A stretch of DNA of 64,000 bases, taken from NCBI GenBank assembly GCA_030622115.1, contig JAUXGN010000012.1:1493-65492 (forward strand). The letters run 5' to 3'. Below are positions 20,078 to 29,300 of this stretch, piece by piece; the stretch's first letter is position 1, and every line of letters starts with the position of its first letter. The DNA comes from Candidatus Eiseniibacteriota bacterium (GTDB lineage Bacteria > Joyebacterota > Joyebacteria > Joyebacterales > Joyebacteraceae). Under the pieces are notes generated by a model that saw nothing but the letters and a program-made list of their open reading frames with translations, made no database searches and had not been told where the DNA came from. Both the position numbers and the translations under genes were made by a program.

Positions 20078-21469
20078 TCAGGACGCTTCCCGCTTGCCGA
20101 TGGCCGACAGGATGCGTTCCGCTACTTTGTAGATGTCGCCGGCTCCAAGTGTTACGACGACGTCGCCGGGGCGTATGATTTCGACAGCACGCTCCAGCAG
20201 CTCGTCCATGTCCTCGATGTACGATGCGTCTCTGTGGCCGTATCGTATCGCGGCCTCCACGATATTGGCTCCGCTCACCCCCTCGATGGGTGTTTCACTG
20301 GCGGCGTAGATTCCTGTGACCATAAGTACGTCGGCGTCGTAGAATGATCTTCCAAACTGGTCGGCCAGCTTCTGTGTTCGTGTGTATCTGTGAGGCTGGA
20401 AGAGGACGACGAGTCTTCTGTTCCAGCACGCGGCTGCGGCCGCGAGAGTTGTTCCGACCTCTGCTGGGTGGTGGCCGTAATCATCCAGTACAAGCACATT
20501 GTTGACCTCCCCTTTGATCTCGAACCTGCGAGCGATTCCTTCAAACTCCTTCAAGGACTGAGCGATGTCCCCGAACTCCACACCGAGTTCGAGGCCCACC
20601 GCAACTGCGGCGAGGGAATTGTAGATGTTGTGAAGCCCCGGCATGTGTATCTCGATCCTGCCCATCTCCTCTCCGCGCACTACGACGGAGAATGCTGTCA
20701 GCTCCCCTGACGACTCGATATCGTAGCCCTGCACATCCACCTGACCGGTCAGGCCGTAGCTCACAACCCTGCGGTGAATGTCGGAGATTATGGACTGGAT
20801 GCTGTGCTGGTCCAGGCAGACCACGGAGCAGCCGTAGAACGGAACGCTGTTGGCAAACAGAATGAACGCTTCCTTGATCTCGTCTATCCCCTTGTAGAAA
20901 TCGAGATGCTCCTCATCGATGGTTGTGATGACGGCCATTGTCGGTGAGAGCTTCAGGAACGACCCGTCGCTCTCATCGGCTTCCGCCACGATGTACTCGC
21001 TGGATCCGAGTCGGGCGCCTGTTCCCATGGTCTTCACGGTTCCACCAACGACGACCGTGGGATCCAGTCCACCGGCAGTAAGCACAGTAGCTATGAGCGA
21101 GGTGACGGTCGTCTTGCCGTGTGTTCCCCCGACGGCTACCGAATACTTCATGCGCATCAGTTCGGCGAGCATTTCGACGCGTGGGATGACCGGAATCATC
21201 GCCGCCCGAGCTGCCACAACTTCTGGGTTGCTCGGCGAGATCGCGGTTGAGGTGACCACGACATCGGCCCCCTCGATATTGGCGGCATCATGACCGTAGT
21301 GGATCCTGCCGCCCAGGCGCGTGAGCCTGTCAGTAATCTCTCCCCGATGAAGATCGGAGCCGGACACGCTGAAGCCAAGAGTGAGCAGGATCTCCGCGAT
21401 CCCTCCCATCCCGACGCCGCCTATCCCCACGAGATGAACACATTTGACTCTGCCGAACATCGTAACCAT
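20078..21469 (-). CDS. murC: UDP-N-acetylmuramate-L-alanine ligase
   Basis: GIGGVGMGG, GTHGKTT, EADESDGSF, DDYGHHP, FQPHRYTRT. Confidence 0.97.
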   Translation of the reverse strand: MVTMFGRVKCVHLVGIGGVGMGGIAEILLTLGFSVSGSDLHRGEITDRLTRLGGRIHYGHDAANIEGADVVVTSTAISPSNPEVVAARAAMIPVIPRVEMLAELMRMKYSVAVGGTHGKTTVTSLIATVLTAGGLDPTVVVGGTVKTMGTGARLGSSEYIVAEADESDGSFLKLSPTMAVITTIDEEHLDFYKGIDEIKEAFILFANSVPFYGCSVVCLDQHSIQSIISDIHRRVVSYGLTGQVDVQGYDIESSGELTAFSVVVRGEEMGRIEIHMPGLHNIYNSLAAVAVGLELGVEFGDIAQSLKEFEGIARRFEIKGEVNNVLVLDDYGHHPAEVGTTLAAAAACWNRRLVVLFQPHRYTRTQKLADQFGRSFYDADVLMVTGIYAASETPIEGVSGANIVEAAIRYGHRDASYIEDMDELLERAVEIIRPGDVVVTLGAGDIYKVAERILSAIGKREAS

Positions 21470-21496
21470 GTCTCTTCTCTACTCCTTGCGGGCCTG

Positions 21497-22597
21497 TCAG
21501 TGCCTGGTCTCTGACGCCACTGCCAGAACGTCCCGCGCGACCCTGTTAGCCGCATCGGGCCGCGCGAGGACTCTGGCTGCGCTTGACATACTCGTCAGCC
21601 GCGTGCGATCGCGAAGGAGACCTTCGATGGTGTCGGCGAGCCGATCTCCAGTTAGCTCACCGTCGGGAATCACTACAGCCGCTCCGGCATCCTCCACGGA
21701 GCGGGCGTTCTTCATCTGATGGTCGTCAGTCGCGTGCGGGTACGGAACGAGAATGGCAGGCCGCCCCACGATGGCCGCCTCGGCCAGCGTTGCAGCACCG
21801 GCGCGTGAGACAACGATGTCGCACGCCGCGAAAACCGGGGCGATATCATCGAGGAACGTCTTGACGATCGCCCGCGCTCCGACCGACACTGCCTGACGAC
21901 GAACATGCTCAAGTTCCTCCACGCCGGTCTGAATGATGAACTCGACCCCTGCCGCGGACAACCGCGGCAGGGCTTCGGCCACTGCAAGGCTCAGCTGCCT
22001 GGCCCCCCGGCTTCCACCCACGACCATCACAACATCCGCCTCTTGTGTGAGGCCTAGAGTACGGCGCGCGACAGCGCGATCGATTTCATCGAATCCTCGT
22101 CGAACGGGGTTTCCCGACTGCTCGATTCTCTTCGCGCGCGGGAGGTGCCTCCCGGATTCCGCGAAGGTCACGTGCACTACCTCCGCGAACCTCGAGAGGA
22201 CCCTCGTGGCGAGCCCCGGCCAGGAGTTCTGCTCCTGAAGAACGATCGGAATCCCTACGGCGCGGGCCGCAAGCACGGACGGAAGGCTGACGAACCCACC
22301 CGTTCCAACGGCGACATCCGGTCGCGTCCTCACGAGAGCACAGACTGCCTTCAGGCAACCCGCGGCCACCGCGAACGGGACCGCTGCATTCCTGATGACT
22401 GATCCACGAGTGACTCCCATCGAAGGCACGGACACGAACCGTCTTCCCGTCCCCAGCACAACGCGCTCTTCGATCGATCCCCTGCGTCCCATGAAGAAGA
22501 CCTCCGCCTCCGGGGAAAGTCCCTCAATCGCCTCGGCGATCGCGATCCCGGGGAATATGTGCCCCCCTGTACCTCCTCCGGTGATCATTATCCTCAC
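21497..22597 (-). CDS. murG: lipid II N-acetylglucosaminyltransferase MurG
   Basis: GGGTGGHIFP, GTGGFVS, EQN, GNPVR, GGSRGA, RAGA, HQMKNA; GTG start overlaps ftsW stop. Confidence 0.97.
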   Translation of the reverse strand: MRIMITGGGTGGHIFPGIAIAEAIEGLSPEAEVFFMGRRGSIEERVVLGTGRRFVSVPSMGVTRGSVIRNAAVPFAVAAGCLKAVCALVRTRPDVAVGTGGFVSLPSVLAARAVGIPIVLQEQNSWPGLATRVLSRFAEVVHVTFAESGRHLPRAKRIEQSGNPVRRGFDEIDRAVARRTLGLTQEADVVMVVGGSRGARQLSLAVAEALPRLSAAGVEFIIQTGVEELEHVRRQAVSVGARAIVKTFLDDIAPVFAACDIVVSRAGAATLAEAAIVGRPAILVPYPHATDDHQMKNARSVEDAGAAVVIPDGELTGDRLADTIEGLLRDRTRLTSMSSAARVLARPDAANRVARDVLAVASETRH

Positions 22598-23736
22598 GAC
22601 CTCTTTCCTCTTCGACTCTCGCGTGACTGAGCATCGACCGTCTCGAATACCCTGCGACGCGACATGTTTATCAGAATGCCGGCTGCAGCCATGTTCACAA
22701 CGAGCGACGTGCCCCCGTAGCTCACGAACGGGAGCGGCAGACCGGTCGTCGGCATGGTGGCCGTAACAACTCCTATGTTGATCGCTGCGTAGATCACGAT
22801 CATCATCGTGAGTCCGCCGGCCAGAATGGATCCGTAGGGATCGTGTGATCTGGCGGCGATCCGGAGCCCACGCACCATCAGGGTCACAAACAGGGCGACG
22901 AGAAACAGCGCTCCGATGAGTCCCAGCTCCTCTCCCCATATCGAAAACGCGAAGTCAGTGTGCGAATCCGGGATGAACGCCCGCTGGCGGCTCGCTCCCA
23001 ATCCGCGTCCAACAATCCCACCTGAGCCGAGGGCGATCAGCGACTGGTAGACCTGGTAGATGGGACCTTGCGTGTTCACTCCTGCGAGCGACAGATCGTA
23101 GGTCGACTGCCAGATGTCGACACGCTCAGCAATGCGGGGGACAAGCTTGTATGCCAGAAATCCCAGAGGCGCAGCTACGAAACCGAGCGCGGAGATATGC
23201 GACAGCCTGGCGCCTCCGAGAAAGAGCATTGTCAGCGCGAGAATCAGAATCGCAAGAGCGCTTCCATAGTCCTGCTGTCCGGCTATGAGAGCCACCGCGA
23301 GCACGACCAGCACAAGCCGTGGAGCAAGCCCATGTGCGAAGTCGCCGAGATCCTTCTGCCTGCGATCAAGAACATCGGCGAGGTAGAGAACGAGAACCAG
23401 TTTCGCCACCTCACCTGTCTGTATGATCAGGAGCGTCGAGGTTGCTCCCTTGATGGTCTTCCCGGAAGTGAGCGTGAGCACAAGGAGCAGAAGCGATGTC
23501 AGCATCGCGGGCTTCGCGAATCTCCGATACCACCTGTAGTCGACGGAGGCGAACGCACCCATGGCGGCGAATCCGATCAGAAGCCTGACAGTCTGCCTCT
23601 GCATCATGACATTCTCCCCCCCGAGCTTGATGCTCGAGAAGTAGACGCTGGCCGTGTAGACGGTCATTGTGCCGACCAGGACGAGCAGAAGCACCGTCCA
23701 GACAAGAGGCCTGTCGTATCTGATCGCACCCCTCAC
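22594..23736 (-). CDS. ftsW: SEDS peptidoglycan polymerase FtsW
   Basis: Multi-TM; HTDFAFS..GEELG, GLPLPFVSYGG; lies between murD and murG. Confidence 0.95.
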   Translation of the reverse strand: MRGAIRYDRPLVWTVLLLVLVGTMTVYTASVYFSSIKLGGENVMMQRQTVRLLIGFAAMGAFASVDYRWYRRFAKPAMLTSLLLLVLTLTSGKTIKGATSTLLIIQTGEVAKLVLVLYLADVLDRRQKDLGDFAHGLAPRLVLVVLAVALIAGQQDYGSALAILILALTMLFLGGARLSHISALGFVAAPLGFLAYKLVPRIAERVDIWQSTYDLSLAGVNTQGPIYQVYQSLIALGSGGIVGRGLGASRQRAFIPDSHTDFAFSIWGEELGLIGALFLVALFVTLMVRGLRIAARSHDPYGSILAGGLTMMIVIYAAINIGVVTATMPTTGLPLPFVSYGGTSLVVNMAAAGILINMSRRRVFETVDAQSRESRRGKRS

Positions 23737-25160
23737 GCCTTGTTCTCCCTTCCGCCGGACGCCGCGGCCGCGTTCATGAGTCGCGTTACCTCAGTCTTGA
23801 ATCTGCGCCCCCGGTCCTCGAAATCCTCAAACATGTCGAAGCTCGCGCAGGCCGGCGACAGGAGAACAACATCTCCGTATTCGGCCATCGTCCTGGCCAA
23901 CTCGAGCGCTTCTCTGAGTGATCCTGCAAGCCTGACCGGCACAGCTCCGTCGAGCGCGGCCTTCATCTTGACCGCTGCCTCTCCGATGAAGATGGCCTCC
24001 CTCACACCGTGGCCTGCCTGTTCCCTTAAGATATCGAAACCCGAGCCCTTGTCCCTGCCCCCTCCTATCCAGATGATCGGGGCGTCGTAGCTCATGAGCG
24101 CGTACCTGACGGAGTCGGCATTGGTCGCCTTGGAGTCGTTCACATAGCGCACTCCATCTATCAGCGCCACGTCCTCCAGCCGGTGTTCGAGAGACCTGAA
24201 CGTCCTGAGCACGTCTGATGCATCCACGTAGTCGATGTCGACGAGGAGTGCCGCCGCCAGTGCCGCCAGTGAGTTCCAGACATTGTGCGGCCCCGGAAGG
24301 CCTAGTTCGCTCACGGGCATGATCTCCGTCTCACCACCACCGATCCGCGACACTATCTGTCCATCCCGGACAAAAACGCCGCCTTCGACTTCCCGGAATC
24401 TGCTCACGGGAACAACAGTCCCGGGTATCTCGTACGCAGCTTCATTGAGAAGCTCGTCATCGACGTTCAGAACTGCGTAGTCGTCGGATGTCTGGTTCTG
24501 GAATATCCTGAGCTTCGCGGCGATGTAGTCCTCGTACGAATCGTACCGGTCAAGATGATCCTCTGTAATGTTGAGCAGGACTCCGACGTGCGGCCTGAAG
24601 GTCTCGATCGTATCCAGCTGAAAGCTCGACACTTCCGCCACGATGAGCCCGTCGGACGGCAGACCGGCGATCTCCCCCGAGATCGCCTCGCCGGTGTTCC
24701 CACCGACAGCAACCCGACGACCGGAGCTTCTCGCGAGTTCCCCGATCAGAGTCGTGGTCGTTGTCTTTCCGTTCGTTCCCGTCACTGCCACCCACTCCGC
24801 ATCTGAGTTCGAATACGCGAGTTCGAGTTCCCCGATGATGGGGATGCCGCTGTCGCGCGCCTCGCACAGAAGAGGAGACGCGAGCGGCACGCCGGGACTC
24901 GTAACCACGAGATCGATGCCGTTCATGAGTCCCCGCGGATGCTCACCAAACACGAGCTCAACCCCTCTCTCGCGCCAGTCCCCTAAAGAAAGAGCGAGTT
25001 CGACCTCGCGCTTGCGATCGGTCGCCACCACCTTGCTTCCCAGACTCAGGAGCAGATCGACGGCCGCTCTTCCGCTTCTCGCCAAGCCGACAACAAGCAC
25101 TCTCTTCCCTTCCAGCTCTCGCCGTACCCGAGTTTCCAAGGAGTACCGCCCTCCTCCCAC
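23733..25160 (-). CDS. murD: UDP-N-acetylmuramoyl-L-alanine-D-glutamate ligase
   Basis: GLARSG, GTNGKTTT, EVSSFQL, DHLDRY, NDSKATN, SPACASFD. Confidence 0.97.
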   Translation of the reverse strand: MGGGRYSLETRVRRELEGKRVLVVGLARSGRAAVDLLLSLGSKVVATDRKREVELALSLGDWRERGVELVFGEHPRGLMNGIDLVVTSPGVPLASPLLCEARDSGIPIIGELELAYSNSDAEWVAVTGTNGKTTTTTLIGELARSSGRRVAVGGNTGEAISGEIAGLPSDGLIVAEVSSFQLDTIETFRPHVGVLLNITEDHLDRYDSYEDYIAAKLRIFQNQTSDDYAVLNVDDELLNEAAYEIPGTVVPVSRFREVEGGVFVRDGQIVSRIGGGETEIMPVSELGLPGPHNVWNSLAALAAALLVDIDYVDASDVLRTFRSLEHRLEDVALIDGVRYVNDSKATNADSVRYALMSYDAPIIWIGGGRDKGSGFDILREQAGHGVREAIFIGEAAVKMKAALDGAVPVRLAGSLREALELARTMAEYGDVVLLSPACASFDMFEDFEDRGRRFKTEVTRLMNAAAASGGRENKA

Positions 25161-25249
25161 GTCGCTCTTTGGTTCCCCACCAACCGGTCTTCATTAGGTC
25201 ACGCTGCGCTTTCCGGTTCGAGTCGTCAGTCCGATGACGCGGCTCTCCA

Positions 25250-26332
25250 TCACTGGAGTTTCAGCGTCGAGAGCGAGAGGAGCGCGAAAAGAGCCCCGAC
25301 GATCCAGAATCGAACGACGATCTTGCTCTCCGGCCATCCCAGCTTCTGGAAATGGTGGTGGAGAGGAGCCATGAGAAATACCCGTTTGCCTCGTAGCTTG
25401 TATGAGGCGACCTGGATGATGACCGAAGCGGCGACCATGACAAACAACCCGCCCACGATCAGCAGCCACATCTCCTTCTTTATGAGAATAGCCAGTGTCC
25501 CGAGTGCGCCGCCTACCGCCAGCGAACCTGTGTCTCCCATGAAGATCTCGGCGGGGTGCGCGTTGAACCACAGGAATCCGAGCCCGGCGCCTATGAGCGC
25601 TGAGCAGTAGACCGTCAGTTCTCCCGCACCCGAGATGTACGGGATGTTCAGGTAGTCGCTGAACCTGACGTGCCCAGTTACGTAGCTCAAGGCGGCAAAT
25701 GCGAGCGCGCAGAAAACAACCAGACCTATCGCGAGACCGTCCAGCCCATCCGTCAGATTCACCGCATTGGAGCTGGCCGTGATGACGATCATCACGAAAA
25801 GCACGTAGGCCGGACCGAGGGACAGAAGCGCGTCCTTGAGGAACGGGATAGCGACGTTGGTCGGATCCGCGATGAATGTACCGCGATAGATGAGCAGTCC
25901 GATGACGAGCCCCAGCACGAGCTGTCCGGCAAGCTTGTAGCGCGCGACCAGCCCCTTTCGCCGCTTCTTGACGACCTTGAGGTAGTCGTCCGTGAAACCG
26001 ACGATCCCAAGCCAGAGCGTGGCCATCACCATGAGCCAGATGAACTCGTTGTCGAGGCGCGCCCAGAGAAGCGTGGGAACGACCGTAGCGACGAGAATAA
26101 GGAGTCCGCCCATCGTCGGCGTGCCGGCCTTGTCGGTGTGCGACTCCGGTGCGTATTCGCGCACGCCGTTGGTGAGCGCGCGGCGCTTGAGCATGCGAAT
26201 GAAGAAGGGGCCCAGGAGGAAGCTTATGAGCAGGGCTGTCATGGCCGCGTACGCCGAACGGAAGGTGATGTAACGGAAAACGTTGAAGGCAGATATGTAG
26301 TCCCTCAAGGGGTACAGCCAGTGATACAACAT
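25250..26332 (-). CDS. mraY: phospho-N-acetylmuramoyl-pentapeptide transferase
   Basis: GTPTMGG, DD, NAVNLTDGLDGL, FMGDTGS, APLHHHF; start ATG 26332. Confidence 0.97.
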   Translation of the reverse strand: MLYHWLYPLRDYISAFNVFRYITFRSAYAAMTALLISFLLGPFFIRMLKRRALTNGVREYAPESHTDKAGTPTMGGLLILVATVVPTLLWARLDNEFIWLMVMATLWLGIVGFTDDYLKVVKKRRKGLVARYKLAGQLVLGLVIGLLIYRGTFIADPTNVAIPFLKDALLSLGPAYVLFVMIVITASSNAVNLTDGLDGLAIGLVVFCALAFAALSYVTGHVRFSDYLNIPYISGAGELTVYCSALIGAGLGFLWFNAHPAEIFMGDTGSLAVGGALGTLAILIKKEMWLLIVGGLFVMVAASVIIQVASYKLRGKRVFLMAPLHHHFQKLGWPESKIVVRFWIVGALFALLSLSTLKLQ

Positions 26333-26372
26333 GTCAGCCCTTTTCCGATGGGGAGCCAAGTGGTCCCGCCGG

Positions 26373-27767
26373 CTAGGAGACGGGCGTCTCCTTCACCAGC
26401 AACTCAACCACTTCCTCCATGCGCATTCCGCGCGACCCCTTCAACAAAACGACGCCGTCCGGTGCGAGGTCTCTATCGAGTTCCCGTACCAGCGCGTCCT
26501 TATCTCTATACATTCCCACCCTGTCGGGTGGCATTCCGCTGTCTATCGCTCCGTCCCGAAGAGCCTCGATCTCGCTTCCGAAGAGATAGAGCCTCTCAAC
26601 GCCAAGCTCTGCTGCGGCGACACCGGCCTCGCGATGAACGTCCTCGCTCCTCTCGCCCATCTCGAGCATGTCGCCTATCACCGCGGCGGTCTCCTTCCCG
26701 CGTCCCACGGACACGAGAGTCTCGAGCGCGGCCCGAAGCGACCCTGGATTGCAGTTGTAGGCATCGTTGATGACTGTTCTTCCTCCGACGGTCAGGACGG
26801 CCATTCTCATCGGGCTCGGTTCGAAGTCCGACAGCGCGCCCGCCGCCTCAGCCACCGACACACCAAGCACCGCACCTGCGGCGACGGCAGCGAGGGCGTT
26901 CATCACGTTGTGCCGCCCGGGAACCGGAAGAACTATCGTCGTGGACGCACCTACGATGTCGCTCTTCTCAACGCGGAAGCGCACGCCGGAGGCGCTCGCC
27001 TCTATGTCGGAGGCTCTCACGTCGGCGTTCTCCGACAAACCAAACGTTGTCACGTCCGTCTGAGCCCGCCCTGCCTGCGACATAACACGAGGATCATCGG
27101 CGTTCAGGATGGCGGCTCCTCCAACCTCAAGAACGTCCAGGAGCTCCCCCTTCGCTTCTGCCACCGTCTCTATGTCATGCATCGTCTCGATATGCGCTTC
27201 AGAAACGTTCGTGATGATACCCACCTGCGGCTTCACGGCTGCCCCCAGGCGTGCTATCTCGCCCGGGTGGTTCATGCCGATCTCGACAACGGCTGCGGTG
27301 TGCCGCTCCTCCACTCCAAGGAGGGTGAGTGGAACTCCGATGTGATTGTTGTAGTTGCCCGCTGTCTTGGTCACACACCACTTCTTGGCGAGCACGGCGG
27401 CGGTCATATCCTTGGTCGTCGTCTTGCCGTTCGTTCCCGTTACAGCAACGACGCGCAGTGCGAATCTGTCTCTGTACCAGCCGCTCAGGGTCAGGAGGGC
27501 ATCGGTCGTGTCAGACACACGAACGAGCGGTCCGGAAGCCGACCGTACCTCGGCCGATTCGGCGACAACGGCGGCAACCGCGCCCCGCTCGAATGCCGCG
27601 TCGACGAAGTCGTGCCCATCGTAACGCTCTCCGCGAATAGCGATGAAGAGGTCGTCCGCTCGCGTGGTCCGTGAATCGATCGAGACCCCCGCTGCTACCG
27701 CAGCCGGAGGACCGTCGCTGACCACACCCAGAGCCTGTGCCATCTCGGTCAAGAGCACCCTCTCCAT
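26373..27767 (-). CDS. murF: UDP-N-acetylmuramoyl-tripeptide-D-Ala-D-Ala ligase
   Basis: DSR, GTNGKTTTK, NNHIGVPLT, EIGMNHPGEI, NDAYN, KGSRGM. Confidence 0.97.
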   Translation of the reverse strand: MERVLLTEMAQALGVVSDGPPAAVAAGVSIDSRTTRADDLFIAIRGERYDGHDFVDAAFERGAVAAVVAESAEVRSASGPLVRVSDTTDALLTLSGWYRDRFALRVVAVTGTNGKTTTKDMTAAVLAKKWCVTKTAGNYNNHIGVPLTLLGVEERHTAAVVEIGMNHPGEIARLGAAVKPQVGIITNVSEAHIETMHDIETVAEAKGELLDVLEVGGAAILNADDPRVMSQAGRAQTDVTTFGLSENADVRASDIEASASGVRFRVEKSDIVGASTTIVLPVPGRHNVMNALAAVAAGAVLGVSVAEAAGALSDFEPSPMRMAVLTVGGRTVINDAYNCNPGSLRAALETLVSVGRGKETAAVIGDMLEMGERSEDVHREAGVAAAELGVERLYLFGSEIEALRDGAIDSGMPPDRVGMYRDKDALVRELDRDLAPDGVVLLKGSRGMRMEEVVELLVKETPVS

Positions 27768-29291
27768 TCAGTGCGCCTCTGCTTCTCTAGCAGCGATTGC
27801 TGCCCGGGCCTCTTCACGATCATCGAAGTGGAGTCTCTCGTTGCCGATGATCTGGTAATCCTCGTGCCCCTTCCCGGCGATGACGACAATGTCGCCGATC
27901 GCAGCCCTTGCGACGGCGACCATGATGGCCTCGCGCCGATCCTCTATGATGATGATTTCGGTGCTACCACCGGTACCGCGCATGCCCCCGAGGATCTCGG
28001 CTATGATGGCGCCGGGCCTCTCGGTTCGCGGGTTGTCGGAGGTAACCACGACCAGATCTGATGCGAGAGCGGCGATGCGACCCATTATCGGGCGCTTCCT
28101 CCGGTCACGGTCGCCACCACATCCGAACACTGTTATGACACGAGCCGGATTCAGATCCCGGACGGCCGCGAGAACCTTATCGAGGGCGTCGGGAGTGTGC
28201 GCGTAGTCCACAACGACCGAGAACCCACGCCCTCCCGGGACAAGCTCCAGCCTTCCGGCGACACGCGTCACCTTCTTGAGCCCGGAACTGATGGCATCAA
28301 GCGAGACACTCTGTGTGACGGCCACGGCTGTGGCCGCCAGTGCGTTCATGACGTTGAAGCCGGCTATGAGATTGAGATGTACGTCGACCTCACCAGCGGG
28401 CGTGTGGAAGACGGCCGTCGTTCCCTCGGGGGTCGTTTCAACATGCGAGGCGTGTACGTCTCCTTCGATCATCCCGTAGGAAAGCAGTGTGACTCCCGGA
28501 GCATCCGACAACGATGCCAGGATCTCCCGACCGAAATCATCGTCGCGATTCACGATCGCCGATGCTCCCGGCTTGTTGGCGTCGCCGGCGATGAGAGTGA
28601 ACAGCCTGCTCTTGGCCGCGCCGTACTCCGCCATCGAGCCGTGGAAATCGAGGTGGTCATGCGACAGATTGGTGAATGTCGCCGTGTCCATCTTCATACC
28701 CAACACGCGCCCGAGAGAGAGAGCGTGCGATGACACCTCCATCGTGACAGCCTCAACGCCATCATCCAGCATCGAGGCCAGGAGTCTGGCCAGGTCGGCG
28801 GATTCCGGGCTTGTCCGTTCCGCGGCGGTGCTCGCCCCTGCCCCGCGATACCCCAGGGTTCCGATGGCGCCCGTCTTGATGCCGCTCTCCCTGAGAATCG
28901 AATCGATGAGATGAAGGGTCGTCGTCTTGCCGTTCGTTCCTGTGATCGTGTGAATCTTGAGACGCTCGGAGGGCCGTCCGTAGAATTCGTGCGCCACGGG
29001 ACCCATCGCAGCTCGCGTGTCGGCGACGACGATCTCCGTCAGACCGGAGGCGCCGGTCGGCTCCTCGACGAGAGCGGCAACGGCTCCCCGCCTCGCGGCC
29101 TCGGCCACGTGTGAGTGCCCGTCGGAGACAAACCCTCTGACGGCTACAAAGAGACCATTCTCTCTCACCATCCGCGAGTCGTACTCGACGGCGCCCACCT
29201 CGATCTCATCGATCGTGGTCTTCGCATGCGTGTCTGCGATCTGAAACTGCATGCCGCTTCCTCTGAGAATGTCACCGAGTCTCTGAAGCAC
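27768..29291 (-). CDS. murE: UDP-N-acetylmuramoyl-L-alanyl-D-glutamate-meso-diaminopimelate ligase
   Basis: GTNGKTTT, MEVSSH, DHLDFH, DYAHTPD, DNPR (meso-DAP-type specificity motif), GKGHE. Confidence 0.97.
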   Translation of the reverse strand: MLQRLGDILRGSGMQFQIADTHAKTTIDEIEVGAVEYDSRMVRENGLFVAVRGFVSDGHSHVAEAARRGAVAALVEEPTGASGLTEIVVADTRAAMGPVAHEFYGRPSERLKIHTITGTNGKTTTLHLIDSILRESGIKTGAIGTLGYRGAGASTAAERTSPESADLARLLASMLDDGVEAVTMEVSSHALSLGRVLGMKMDTATFTNLSHDHLDFHGSMAEYGAAKSRLFTLIAGDANKPGASAIVNRDDDFGREILASLSDAPGVTLLSYGMIEGDVHASHVETTPEGTTAVFHTPAGEVDVHLNLIAGFNVMNALAATAVAVTQSVSLDAISSGLKKVTRVAGRLELVPGGRGFSVVVDYAHTPDALDKVLAAVRDLNPARVITVFGCGGDRDRRKRPIMGRIAALASDLVVVTSDNPRTERPGAIIAEILGGMRGTGGSTEIIIIEDRREAIMVAVARAAIGDIVVIAGKGHEDYQIIGNERLHFDDREEARAAIAAREAEAH

Positions 29292-29300
29292 AGATGCCCT